From the NCBI GenBank assembly GCA_002773395.1, contig PFBI01000006.1:335860-399859 (forward strand): 64,000 nt of DNA, read 5' to 3'. Source of the stretch: Candidatus Kaiserbacteria bacterium CG10_big_fil_rev_8_21_14_0_10_47_16. Its GTDB lineage: Bacteria; Patescibacteriota; Minisyncoccia; Phycocordibacterales; UBA918. This document shows positions 26,953 through 36,714 of this stretch, in pieces. The notes under the pieces were generated by a model. That model worked only from the letters and a program-made list of their open reading frames with translations, did no database searches and was not told where the DNA came from. Made by a program: the position numbers and the translations under genes. Positions within the stretch are counted from its first letter, which is position 1. Every line of letters starts with the position of its first letter.

Positions 26953-27594
26953 ATGCCTTCTTCAACGAAACAAACCTCAGCACAAGACTTTGTACCGATC
27001 GCCGACATTAGAGACGGTGTCGTTATTTTAAAAGATGGCCAGATGTGCAGTGTTCTCCTTGCCTCATCAATCAACTTCGCGCTCAAATCGACCGACGAAC
27101 AAACTGCCATCTTGGCGCAGTTCCAAGCATTCCTCAACACCCTCGATTTTTCAATACAAATGCACGTCGAGTCGAGACGTCTCGATATTCGACCGTATCT
27201 TGAGATGCTCGCGACCCGCGAGAGTACCCAATACAACGATCTCATGCGCACACAGCTTCGCGAATACATGGAGTTTATTCGTTCATTTACTGAAGAGGTG
27301 GATATCATGGCGAAGCGCTTTTTCCTTGTCATTCCGTACAGCCCGACGACAACCAACGTGCGGAGCAACATCACAAGCTTCCTTGGGCGTCGGTCTACGG
27401 CACCCTTTGATGCAAACCGCTTCCGTGAGCATCAAACCCAACTCGAGCAACGCGTTGATGTGGTCACACAAGGGCTCGCACGTATTGGTGTGAAGACACT
27501 TCCACTCGGAACCGACGAGCTCACCGAACTCTATTACCACATCTTTAATCCGGGGGAGCAGTCGGCTGCACCACGCCCAACAAATGCTATATGA
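26953..27594 (+). CDS. VirB4/TraC-family N-terminal domain encoded as a separate ORF
   Basis: The IADIRDGVVILKDGQMCSVLLASSINFALKSTDEQTAIL...SIQMHVESRRLDI pattern is typical of the VirB4/TrbE N-terminal domain. Its stop overlaps the next start (ATATGA). Confidence 0.6.
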   Translation: MPSSTKQTSAQDFVPIADIRDGVVILKDGQMCSVLLASSINFALKSTDEQTAILAQFQAFLNTLDFSIQMHVESRRLDIRPYLEMLATRESTQYNDLMRTQLREYMEFIRSFTEEVDIMAKRFFLVIPYSPTTTNVRSNITSFLGRRSTAPFDANRFREHQTQLEQRVDVVTQGLARIGVKTLPLGTDELTELYYHIFNPGEQSAAPRPTNAI

Positions 27595-29411
27595 GTGTTT
27601 TTGATTTTCTAAAAAAGAAGCCCGCAGCGCCGCAACCACCTTCTGATGGTACGCCAACAGATATTTCCGCAGGCACCGGTATGAATATCCCTGATATTAT
27701 TGCGCCTGCTGCAATCAGTATCAACCCGCAAAGTCTCAATGTGAGCGGACGTCTTTCGCGCGTCTTCTTTGCAGTGTCATACCCACGATATCTCAATGAC
27801 GGCTGGCTCGAACCAATCCTCAACCTCTCACGCGAGATGGATATTTCTATTGTGGTACACCCGATCAACACAGCAGATACGCTGAAGAAATTCCAAAAGA
27901 AAGTTGCCGAGGTACAGAGCCAAATTGCTGACCGTGAAGGACGTGGGCAAGTGCGTGATCCACAACTTGAGGCGGCATACCGAAACCTCGAAGACCTCCG
28001 TGACAAGCTCCAACAAGCAGAAGAGAAGCTCTTTGACGTTGGTTTCTATATTGCAATTTACGGCGACACTGAGGCAGAGCTCAGCAAAACGGAAACGGAA
28101 ATTAAAAGTATTCTTGACGCCCGTCTCGTCTACATTAAGCCGGCAGTATTCCAGCAGGAACAAGGGTTCCGAAGTATTTTGCCAACTGCGCGCGATGAGC
28201 TTTTGGTACACAACAAGTTTAATTCGTCACCGCTCTCAAGCTTTTTCCCATTCACCTCATTCGACCTCACGTCTGACACGGGGATTCTCTACGGCATCAA
28301 CCGCCACAACTCATCACTCGTTCTCTTTGATCGATTCTCACTTGCCAACTACAACTCAGTGACCTTTGCAACCTCTGGTGCAGGGAAGTCATACGCAGTA
28401 AAGCTCGAGATTCTTCGGTCAATGATGTTTGGGACGGAGGTGATTGTCATCGACCCTGAACACGAGTACGAGTACCTCGCAGAAGCAACCGGCGGACGGT
28501 TCTTTAATATTTCACTTTCTTCAGACCACCATATCAATCCGTTCGATCTTCCGATGCCACAGGCAGATGAGAACCCTGAAGATGTTCTCCGTTCACATAT
28601 CATCGAGCTCGTTGGCCTCTTTAAACTCATGCTTGGTGGACTTACGCCTGAAGAAGACGCCTTGATCGATCAAGCGCTTCGCGAAACGTACGCCCTCAAA
28701 GACATTACCGGAGCCTCTGATTTCTCGAGCCTTGAACCACCACTTCTGTCTGACTTCGAAATGGTACTCGCGGGAATGGAGGGGAGTAGTTCACTCCTCA
28801 GTCGTCTCTCAAAGTACACCACGGGTACATGGGCAGGTTTCATGAATAAGCCCACAAACGTAGATATCAACCAGAAGTTTATTGTGTTCTCTCTCCGCGA
28901 CATGGAAGAGGAACTCAAGAGTATTGCGATGTATATTGTGACAAACCACATTTGGGGAGCTATCCGCCGAGAACTTAAAAAGAGACTCCTCGTTATTGAC
29001 GAGGCATGGTGGATGCTCAAACAAGAGAGCACTGCAGAATTCCTTCACGGCATTGCAAAGCGCGGTCGCAAGTACTACCTCGGTCTCGCAACAATTACAC
29101 AGGACGTGGACGATTTCTTGCGCTCACCATACGGTGTCCCAATGATCACCAACTCCTCGATGCAGCTTTTGATGAAGCAGTCGCCGACGGCGATCGATAC
29201 CCTCCAGCAAGTGTTCAATCTCACCGACGAGGAGAAGTATTTGCTCCTTGAGTCAGGAGTGGGGGAGGGGATATTCTTTGCAGGACTCAAGCATGTGGCT
29301 ATTAAGGTGATCGCTTCTTACACTGAAGACCAGATCATCACCTCCGATCCATCGCAGCTGCTCCAAATAAAGGCAGCCCGACAAGAGTTTCAGAATGCGG
29401 CAGGACACTAG
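27591..29411 (+). CDS. VirB4-like type IV secretion ATPase (C-terminal ATPase portion)
   Basis: Walker A ATSGAGKS and the VirB4-specific DEAW Walker B (VIDEAWWML). Length 606 aa; together with the upstream ORF it totals about 819 aa. Confidence 0.75.
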   Translation: MSVFDFLKKKPAAPQPPSDGTPTDISAGTGMNIPDIIAPAAISINPQSLNVSGRLSRVFFAVSYPRYLNDGWLEPILNLSREMDISIVVHPINTADTLKKFQKKVAEVQSQIADREGRGQVRDPQLEAAYRNLEDLRDKLQQAEEKLFDVGFYIAIYGDTEAELSKTETEIKSILDARLVYIKPAVFQQEQGFRSILPTARDELLVHNKFNSSPLSSFFPFTSFDLTSDTGILYGINRHNSSLVLFDRFSLANYNSVTFATSGAGKSYAVKLEILRSMMFGTEVIVIDPEHEYEYLAEATGGRFFNISLSSDHHINPFDLPMPQADENPEDVLRSHIIELVGLFKLMLGGLTPEEDALIDQALRETYALKDITGASDFSSLEPPLLSDFEMVLAGMEGSSSLLSRLSKYTTGTWAGFMNKPTNVDINQKFIVFSLRDMEEELKSIAMYIVTNHIWGAIRRELKKRLLVIDEAWWMLKQESTAEFLHGIAKRGRKYYLGLATITQDVDDFLRSPYGVPMITNSSMQLLMKQSPTAIDTLQQVFNLTDEEKYLLLESGVGEGIFFAGLKHVAIKVIASYTEDQIITSDPSQLLQIKAARQEFQNAAGH

Positions 29412-29455
29412 GTGTCCTGTTTTGCTTTTTTATTTGGTCTCTTTCCCTTTATACT

Positions 29456-30235
29456 GTGTCTATGGCTCGTGAATCAGCAGAACGTATTGAAGCAAATGAT
29501 TCATTTCCTTCTACGCGGGTACAAAATGCCCAAGCAGTTTCTTCGAGCCGCCAGACTGTCCACTCTGACTTCGCACAAAGCAAGAGCTTGCAGGCGAAGG
29601 TCCACGAGCAACGTTTCAATAAACCAAAGGCAGCGAATGATAACTTCTCGCAAGCTGCAAATGACAACAGTCCATCACTGACGCAACGTGTACTGCGTCG
29701 TGATGCAAAAGAGGACATTGAGGAACAATCGCTTGCCGGCACCATTCTCTCTACTGGGAAAGCTGCGAAGGGAACGGCTATCGCAGCCGAACGTGTTGCT
29801 GCAACCGCTGTGCTTCTTTACTCCATCGCTGCAATCACATACGTGTTTATATTTATATTTGGCGTTATTGCGCTTGGTCTGATCTACGCAGGAACGTCAT
29901 CAGTTCTTGGAGTCAGTCTTGACGGTGTCGTAAAAGGGGCGACGACCGTGCTCTCGTGGTTTGGTTTGGGTGATGGCGGTGTTGGGGTTAGTGATATTGG
30001 GGGCGTACTGTGGGCCTTCGCTGTGCTTTTTGCTTTTATTGGGTATCTCGTTATTGGAGTTATAGCCACCTTTACACTCCGCACCAACTTCCTTGATTCC
30101 TCTGAGTTCTTTCTTGTGACCGTAGTGACACTTGGAGCAAGTATGGCGCCCGTTTCACAGCTCTTTCCATGGATTGCCGTATGGGTGTTCTATATCCAAG
30201 CAACCACTATTACGAAAGCACTGAAAAAGAGGTAG
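29456..30235 (+). CDS. Hypothetical membrane protein (cytoplasmic N-terminus, 4 C-terminal TM helices)
   Basis: ORF in the operon with its hydrophobic C-terminal half. Confidence 0.5.
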   Translation: MSMARESAERIEANDSFPSTRVQNAQAVSSSRQTVHSDFAQSKSLQAKVHEQRFNKPKAANDNFSQAANDNSPSLTQRVLRRDAKEDIEEQSLAGTILSTGKAAKGTAIAAERVAATAVLLYSIAAITYVFIFIFGVIALGLIYAGTSSVLGVSLDGVVKGATTVLSWFGLGDGGVGVSDIGGVLWAFAVLFAFIGYLVIGVIATFTLRTNFLDSSEFFLVTVVTLGASMAPVSQLFPWIAVWVFYIQATTITKALKKR

Positions 30236-30269
30236 GGCTTTCCTCACATGCCAGCGTATCGCGCGCATA

Positions 30270-31274
30270 GTGCATGGTAAGCTATATGATATGAAGAGTG
30301 TATCGATTACCTCCACACTTATTGCTGTCTTTTTTGTATGTGTATGCAGTTTCTTCCTTGTTTTTGCAGGATATGTACACGCGCAGTCTTTTGCTGACGA
30401 AGCATCACTTGAAGTGTCCCCACGCACCCCCGCTCCATTTAGTACAGTGACAGTTTCTCTTAATGCGTACACCCTCGATACCGTTGGCGCTTCTATACGG
30501 TGGTATATAGATGGCACTGAATCTACGAATGTGCGCAATGAGCGTGCAATCACGCTCATTGCGAAGGATCTTGGAGAGGCAACCGTTGTACGCGCCACAC
30601 TCACACTCGCAAGTGGAGTACCGCTTACCGTCTCAACGACCATCGTACCGACATCCATTGATCTTATTATTGAAGCAGATACATTGGTGCCGAGTTTCTA
30701 TAAAGGACGTGCTCTTCCTGTGAGCGGTGCGCCGCTTACATTAATAGCTATCCCACACGATGGTAGTAATAAAGGACCAGGGTCTTATTCATACTCATGG
30801 AAGTTAGGAGAAGATATACTCTTTGGTGGTTCTGTTATGGGGAAATATCGCATCACCACTACAATGCCGCAATACTCACGACCACTCGTTGTTACTGTTT
30901 ATGATTCAACAGGGAAGACAGTTGGGAGTGCTGCGGTCAATCTTGAGCCTGTGAGTCCAGAGCTATACTTCTACGAAACAAATCCTCTCCGCGGACTTTC
31001 AGAGCGTGCGGTAAATGGTTCGTACACACTCATTGGTGACGAAGTCACCATGCGCGCTGAGCCATACTTCATGACTGCAAATATCTTTTCGCAAAGTCCG
31101 CTTATCGCGTGGACGATTGACGGTCGCGAAGTAGCGACCAACGAGACCGACTCCGGCTCAATCACGCTGCGACGAGAGGGTGGAAGCGGTTCTGCTAATA
31201 TCGGTTTCCGTCTTTCGAACCAAGCACAATTCTTACAGCATGTGACCGGTTCATTTAATTTGAGTTTTCAATAA
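30270..31274 (+). CDS. Hypothetical secreted protein with three roughly 100-aa beta-rich repeats
   Basis: Signal/TM anchor followed by an internally repeated domain (...TVSLNAYT... / ...LTLIAIPHDG... / ...EVTMRAEPYF...). Confidence 0.5.
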   Translation: MHGKLYDMKSVSITSTLIAVFFVCVCSFFLVFAGYVHAQSFADEASLEVSPRTPAPFSTVTVSLNAYTLDTVGASIRWYIDGTESTNVRNERAITLIAKDLGEATVVRATLTLASGVPLTVSTTIVPTSIDLIIEADTLVPSFYKGRALPVSGAPLTLIAIPHDGSNKGPGSYSYSWKLGEDILFGGSVMGKYRITTTMPQYSRPLVVTVYDSTGKTVGSAAVNLEPVSPELYFYETNPLRGLSERAVNGSYTLIGDEVTMRAEPYFMTANIFSQSPLIAWTIDGREVATNETDSGSITLRREGGSGSANIGFRLSNQAQFLQHVTGSFNLSFQ

Positions 31275-31277
31275 TAT

Positions 31278-32240
31278 ATGACGTACGCTACTCGTAACAT
31301 TCTGTACATAACACTCTCTGCACTCTTCACATTCTTTGTCTGTGCATCGTATGCCCTTGCTGCAGCAGATCCGTACGTACCACTCGTAGGAATCCCAGGG
31401 GTTGAGACCACGGGTAAAGCAGGTCTCACTACGTACCTCAATCAGCTCTTTATTCTCACCATTATTGGAGGGGCGCTCATCGCAGTGGTGAAGATATCAA
31501 TCGCTGGCTTTAAGTGGATGATGACTGATAGTATGTCAACCAAAGGTGACGCACGTGCAGATATTACCGGAGCGCTTCTTGGACTTGGTATTCTTCTCGC
31601 AACCTACGTGGTACTCAACACCATCAACCCTGACCTCACACGTTTGGACGTCCTTAGAAACGCTCCCGCGACATCGTATATCACACCGCAGAATTCAAAT
31701 GGCGGCACTGGCGCTGCCGCAAGCGCGGGTGTTCCACAAACAATAGACTCCGTGACCGTAAGTAGTGACAAGTCTCAAGCGGAAGCTTTGGCAGAGGCCC
31801 AAACCGCTGCCACCTCTGGTGATGCTGCAGCAGAATGCCGAGCAAAGGGGGCGACACCTCGAATTAAACCAGTGTTGGGGGATAATTACCAAGTAACTGC
31901 CAATGATATTATCTGCCCAACAGCAGCCTCCGACAGCGGGAGCAAGGGATATTCCGGACCGAATGCAAAAGCTGACGCAGACGCTTCCGTTGCTGCCTGT
32001 AACGAGGCTAATGGGAAAGGTTCCTCTGCTCAACAGCTGTGGGGAAATGAGGCCTCATACGTAGTGACGTGCGATTGGGATGTAATCGCACAAAACTTCT
32101 CAACCAAAACCACCGCTGAAGCCGCGGTCAAAACATGTACAACTGCAGGAAGGGCCGCAGAAGTTAAAACAGCTGGATTCTTTTCTTCTGGATACACGGC
32201 AAACTGTTCGAGTTTGACCGGCGAGTGGCCACCAAAATAA
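31278..32240 (+). CDS. Secreted protein whose N-terminal roughly 120 aa resemble a VirB2/TrbC-type pilin (signal peptide plus two hydrophobic helices), with a roughly 200-aa Cys-containing C-terminal extension
   Basis: Topology only: a signal peptide ending ALAAA, then hydrophobic segments LFILTIIGGALIAVV and ALLGLGILLATYVVL separated by a short polar loop. Confidence 0.3.
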   Translation: MTYATRNILYITLSALFTFFVCASYALAAADPYVPLVGIPGVETTGKAGLTTYLNQLFILTIIGGALIAVVKISIAGFKWMMTDSMSTKGDARADITGALLGLGILLATYVVLNTINPDLTRLDVLRNAPATSYITPQNSNGGTGAAASAGVPQTIDSVTVSSDKSQAEALAEAQTAATSGDAAAECRAKGATPRIKPVLGDNYQVTANDIICPTAASDSGSKGYSGPNAKADADASVAACNEANGKGSSAQQLWGNEASYVVTCDWDVIAQNFSTKTTAEAAVKTCTTAGRAAEVKTAGFFSSGYTANCSSLTGEWPPK

Positions 32241-32243
32241 TTT

Positions 32244-33473
32244 ATGAAAAAAACTCTCATCATCACTATTGGCGTTCTCATCCTCATTCTTGTCGTGGGG
32301 GTATGGGCTTACCTCTTTATGTTTGGAACACCAAAGAGCACCGGTGAAGTATTTGCAAACTTTGGACTCGGGAACAATGATGCAGTAACCACTCCAACGA
32401 CAACCAATGACGGCACCTCGCTCCCGATAAGTGATTCGGTATTTAACAATGTTATCGAAGCGCGAACATTCCAACAACTCACCACGAAGCCAGTGGCAGG
32501 AATGACCTTTGTCGGAAGTACGACTATTCGGTACATGGAGCAGGGGACAGGGTACATATTTGATATTGATACAGAAACAGGCACCGAGCGACAAGTTGTC
32601 GGCAACACCTTCACAAAGGTGCGTAGTGCGGTCTTCTCGCTCGATGGTACATCAGTTGCACTCACACGCGATGAAGGACGTGCATCACGTATCACAGTAG
32701 GAACCATTGTGGAGGGCGAGGGAAGGGACACACTCCGAAGCGTTAATCTCCCGCTTGGATCATCCGAGCCCCACTTTAGTACCACTGCCACAAGCACCTT
32801 CAACTATCTCTACACCACAGCTGCTGGTGGGACGGGCCACGCGTACAACGTACTGACAGGGAACGACAGTGTCCTCTTCACCATTCCGTTTACGTCTGCA
32901 CACATCCTTTGGGGTACCCACACCTATGTGTACACAAAACCAACCGCTGAGCTTGCGGGGTATGTGTACGAAATAAAGAACGGGTCACTTGGTTTCGTAA
33001 CGAACGGTGGTACCGGGCTTATGGCGACAGCATATGCTGGCGGAGTGATCACAACGCTCTCAAACAGTCCAACAATGTTTTCTAGCGTCAACCCACAAAG
33101 TGGTGGTGATTCTTCCACACTTCCTGTTTCAGTTATCCCTGAGAAATGTACGTTCTTGGACCGTATACCCAATGAGCTTGTCTGCGCTGTACCCGCAACT
33201 CTCCCGGATGATGCCACCTACCCGGATGATTGGTATAAGGGGGTGATTTCATTTGCTGACCGGTTTTGGTTAATTGATACAGCGAACGGAAGTGCCCGGT
33301 TAGTTGCTGATCCGACCGCTGACGCTGGTCGAGACGTTGACGTTCTCAAACTTGAGGTAAACGGTGAGGGAACACAGTTCCTCTTCATTAACAAAAATGA
33401 CAACACGCTTTGGCTTCTCAATTTGACTGACACCAGTTTTGTCCCCGAAGACACCGCTACTACTGAAAACTAA
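32244..33473 (+). CDS. Hypothetical membrane-anchored secreted protein (last gene of the operon)
   Basis: N-terminal TM and a 380-aa extracytoplasmic domain. It is followed by the hairpin AACCGGTGCCCATGGGCACCGGTT + T-run. Confidence 0.5.
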   Translation: MKKTLIITIGVLILILVVGVWAYLFMFGTPKSTGEVFANFGLGNNDAVTTPTTTNDGTSLPISDSVFNNVIEARTFQQLTTKPVAGMTFVGSTTIRYMEQGTGYIFDIDTETGTERQVVGNTFTKVRSAVFSLDGTSVALTRDEGRASRITVGTIVEGEGRDTLRSVNLPLGSSEPHFSTTATSTFNYLYTTAAGGTGHAYNVLTGNDSVLFTIPFTSAHILWGTHTYVYTKPTAELAGYVYEIKNGSLGFVTNGGTGLMATAYAGGVITTLSNSPTMFSSVNPQSGGDSSTLPVSVIPEKCTFLDRIPNELVCAVPATLPDDATYPDDWYKGVISFADRFWLIDTANGSARLVADPTADAGRDVDVLKLEVNGEGTQFLFINKNDNTLWLLNLTDTSFVPEDTATTEN

Positions 33474-33518
33474 TTGGCTACTATAAAAATAACCGGTGCC
33501 CATGGGCACCGGTTATTT

Positions 33519-34283
33519 TTATATTTGTTTTTCAAGTTCTTCTGGGAGCACATGTGGATGCCGTTTCCGAACGACGTACTCTTGTGCAATACCGAAGATG
33601 TTACTAACTGCGAAGTAGAGAGCTATAGCTGCTGAGATTGTATACCCAATCACAAAGATAATGATTGGCATACCGTACTTCATTTGTATCTGCATACTGC
33701 GACTGAAATCATCTTTGAAGTTTGGTGTCGCATCTTTTTCGCGAGGTTTCAGTGGTGGGAGTGACATCTTCATAAGGACGTACTGTGAGAGACCTGCGAT
33801 GAGCGCGATCGGGAAACTCTTTGCAGCCATATCAACAGCACCGAGAAAGAGCATCGATGCTGTTTCTGGGTTTGGAATAAAACTATAAAGGATTGCGGTG
33901 TTGATTTCAGGCAAGTGTACGCCTCCACCACGTGCTACTGAGAAGTAGAGCGCAATAATGATTGGGATTTGGATAAACAGAAGGAGAATACTTGAGAAAG
34001 GATTTACGCCCGCTTTCTTGTAAAGCTCCATCATGTGCTTCGCCAGTTCTTCGCGCTTATCTTTGTACTTCTCTTGTATCCGTTTGAGTTCCGGTTCAAT
34101 AAGTCTCATTGCACGCTGTGTATGCGCAGCCTTCATTGAGAGAGGGAGGAGTACCGTCTTTACCACAATAGTGGTGAAGACAATCGCAAGTCCTATATCT
34201 CCTCCGGGTACGACGTCAATAAAAAAGACAAGGATGTTATATACAGGATCAAAGAATATGGTGTGCCAAAGATTTAAAAACAT
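33519..34283 (-). CDS. yidC: Membrane protein insertase YidC (short form)
   Basis: YidC/Oxa1 core with 5 TM helices, downstream of rnpA as in most bacteria. Confidence 0.85.
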   Translation of the reverse strand: MFLNLWHTIFFDPVYNILVFFIDVVPGGDIGLAIVFTTIVVKTVLLPLSMKAAHTQRAMRLIEPELKRIQEKYKDKREELAKHMMELYKKAGVNPFSSILLLFIQIPIIIALYFSVARGGGVHLPEINTAILYSFIPNPETASMLFLGAVDMAAKSFPIALIAGLSQYVLMKMSLPPLKPREKDATPNFKDDFSRSMQIQMKYGMPIIIFVIGYTISAAIALYFAVSNIFGIAQEYVVRKRHPHVLPEELEKQI

Positions 34284-34295
34284 AAGGTCTACAGT

Positions 34296-34628
34296 CTATC
34301 GTGTATTCTGTATTCTTCCAACCGCAGCAGACACCGCATGACTGAGATCCTCATACGAAGCGCCAACTGCATCCTTCTTTAAAAGAATAATGCAGACACC
34401 GGTGCGTGCCTGTGCTCGCGCGAGGCGACGCAAGATGTCATACACCTGCCGCCTGATTTTGTTCCGCTTTACCGCAGACTTAAGTATCTTCTTTGGTACT
34501 ACAACTGCACCATGGAATGCATTGTGCGGGGCACACACAAGGGTAAAGAGGGGAGTGTGGAGGCGTTTCCCCGACGCAAAAAAGCGATCAAAATCGCTTT
34601 TTGTGAGACGTTCAGTCTTCGCGAGCAT
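34296..34628 (-). CDS. rnpA: Ribonuclease P protein component
   Basis: A 110-aa basic protein with the RNR motif region (KRNKIRRQ), located between rpmH and yidC. Confidence 0.8.
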   Translation of the reverse strand: MLAKTERLTKSDFDRFFASGKRLHTPLFTLVCAPHNAFHGAVVVPKKILKSAVKRNKIRRQVYDILRRLARAQARTGVCIILLKKDAVGASYEDLSHAVSAAVGRIQNTR

Positions 34629-34636
34629 GTGTATTA

Positions 34637-34774
34637 TTATACACTGAGTTTTGCTCGTCCTTTTCGTCTACGTGACTGGAGGATTTTTGACCCTGACTTC
34701 GTGCCGCTTCGCACAAGGAAACCGTGCGTTGTTGCGCGTTTTCGTTTCTTTGGCTGATACGTTCGTTTTGGCAT
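34637..34774 (-). CDS. rpmH: 50S ribosomal protein L34
   Basis: Manual translation gives [45 protein letters not shown] (45 aa), a canonical L34. It is not in the ORF track because it is under 60 aa. Confidence 0.8.
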   Translation of the reverse strand: MPKRTYQPKKRKRATTHGFLVRSGTKSGSKILQSRRRKGRAKLSV

Positions 34775-35012
34775 ACTGGTTCGTTATGTGAGAGTGCACT
34801 GTACACCATATAATAAACAAAATCAAGATACTCACCAGCCCTCCACTCTTTGACTTTTTAAGTCATTGACAGTTACCGCAATTTAGAGCTCTCCACAGGT
34901 TGTACACAGGTAGACAAACAATATCCCCACAAACACTGCGTATTTGTGGAAAACGTTTACACATCTTGAGAGACCGGTATAATGCTTTCTATCGCTTGAA
35001 TGTTCTATCTCT

Positions 35013-36395
35013 ATGGATTCACTTACACAATCATCTCGCAGTATCGTTCAGACACAGCAAATTGATGTTAAGCAGCTCTGGGACGACACTCTCGTCCAGA
35101 TTGAGCTTTCCATTACCGCTGCCAACTTCAAAACATGGTTTCGTGACACACATATTGTGTCTCTCGAGGACGGAACAGTGACCCTTGGCGTCCCCAGTGT
35201 CTTTGTGCGCGACTGGCTTGCTGATAAGTTCCAATCGCTCATCTTGAAAACCCTCCGTGACCTCACTCCACACGTTCGAAGTATCGAATACGCGGTGGTG
35301 CAACGCTCAAGTAAGAAGTTTGAGTCAAGTAAGAAGCAAACAGTAAACGCAACCCTGCCCCTTGAGGAGTACTACATCAACAAGAACGACAACCTCAACC
35401 CGAAGTATCTTTTCGAAACGTTTGTTGTCGGCCCATTCAACGAACTTGCGCATGCTGCTGCAAAAGCCGTGTGTGAAAAGCCGGGGATTGTGTACAACCC
35501 ACTCTTTATTTATGGAAAAACAGGCCACGGGAAGACACACCTTATCCAAGCGGTAGGGAACCAACTAAAACGAAATGGCCGAAGTGTGTTCTATGTCACC
35601 AGTGAGCGGTTTGCGGTGGATTATATGAACTCTCTCCAGAGTGGTACCGCAAATAACTTCAAAAATAAGTACCGCCAGTACGATGTGCTTATCATGGACG
35701 ACGTGCAGTTCCTCTCAAGTAAGGAAAAGACGCAGGAAGAACTCTTCCACCTCTTCAACGCAATGCACGACAACAACAAACAGATTGTGTTCTCAAGTGA
35801 TACGCACCCAGCACTACTCTCAGGGCTCCAGGAACGTCTCCAGTCACGTTTTGCACAAGGAATGATTGTAGACATCCCGCAGCCTGACAGTGAGTCTCGT
35901 GCGTCGATTATTCAATCAAAGACTGCACGCAGTAATATCACGCTTGAGAATGACGTTATCACCTTCCTTGCGACGACTATTGAGGGGAACATCCGGGAGC
36001 TTGAGGGTGCGCTCAACATTGTAATGTGCCAAACACAGGTGACTGGACGAACACTTTCACTCGATGAGGTTGTCGCGCTCATGAAAAACAGCGCGCGCCC
36101 ACGACGATCACTCGCGGTATCTGATGTTGTTGATAAAGTCGCACGATACTTTGATGTCGAACCATCTAGTATCTACGAAAAAACGCGGCGAAAGGAGATT
36201 GTGAAGCCTCGACAGCTCATTATGTACATTCTCCGAGAAGATTTTGCGGTCTCATACCCATCTATCGGCCAAAAGCTTGGTGGGCGTGACCACACAACCG
36301 TCATCCACTCATGTGAAAAGATTAAGCGTGAGGTGTTGGAAGGGAATGATGATTTGGTAGAAGAAATTGCTCAAATTCGAGCGCTTCTCCAATAA
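35013..36395 (+). CDS. dnaA: Chromosomal replication initiator protein DnaA
   Basis: AAA+ Walker A GKTGHGKTHL, sensor motifs and a C-terminal DnaA-box-binding HTH. Confidence 0.95.
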   Translation: MDSLTQSSRSIVQTQQIDVKQLWDDTLVQIELSITAANFKTWFRDTHIVSLEDGTVTLGVPSVFVRDWLADKFQSLILKTLRDLTPHVRSIEYAVVQRSSKKFESSKKQTVNATLPLEEYYINKNDNLNPKYLFETFVVGPFNELAHAAAKAVCEKPGIVYNPLFIYGKTGHGKTHLIQAVGNQLKRNGRSVFYVTSERFAVDYMNSLQSGTANNFKNKYRQYDVLIMDDVQFLSSKEKTQEELFHLFNAMHDNNKQIVFSSDTHPALLSGLQERLQSRFAQGMIVDIPQPDSESRASIIQSKTARSNITLENDVITFLATTIEGNIRELEGALNIVMCQTQVTGRTLSLDEVVALMKNSARPRRSLAVSDVVDKVARYFDVEPSSIYEKTRRKEIVKPRQLIMYILREDFAVSYPSIGQKLGGRDHTTVIHSCEKIKREVLEGNDDLVEEIAQIRALLQ

Positions 36396-36422
36396 AAACA
36401 GCGTGTCTACGCTGTTTTTATA

Positions 36423-36714
36423 AGCCCTCGAAACCCCTGTGTACTACCTGTGAATATCGATGGTAAAATCACTGTGGAAGACTCGGTATGAATGTGTGTA
36501 TAAACGACAAATAATTTACACTTATGCACACATATACACCGACAGCCCAAATAGGTAGAGTATATGCACACCAATGTGAGGGTGAGTACACAGTTTTTCT
36601 TTCAGAGTGTTGATGAGATAAAGGTGAAGGTATACGGTAAAATTGGTTTATACACCTATCCACACTCCTAATAGGGAATAGTGGTTTTAGAAAAAATAAA
36701 TAATAAGAACAGTT
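36423..36714. other. Putative oriC segment with DnaA-box-like 9-mers and an AT-rich unwinding element between dnaA and dnaN
   Basis: TTATNCACA-like sites are visible (TGTGTATAA, TTATGCACA, TTATACACC, TATCCACAC, TTATGCACA at the dnaN start), along with an AT-rich run TTTTAGAAAAAATAAATAATAAGAA. More boxes (TATCCCCACA, TTTTCCACAAA) lie between rpmH and dnaA. Confidence 0.5.
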
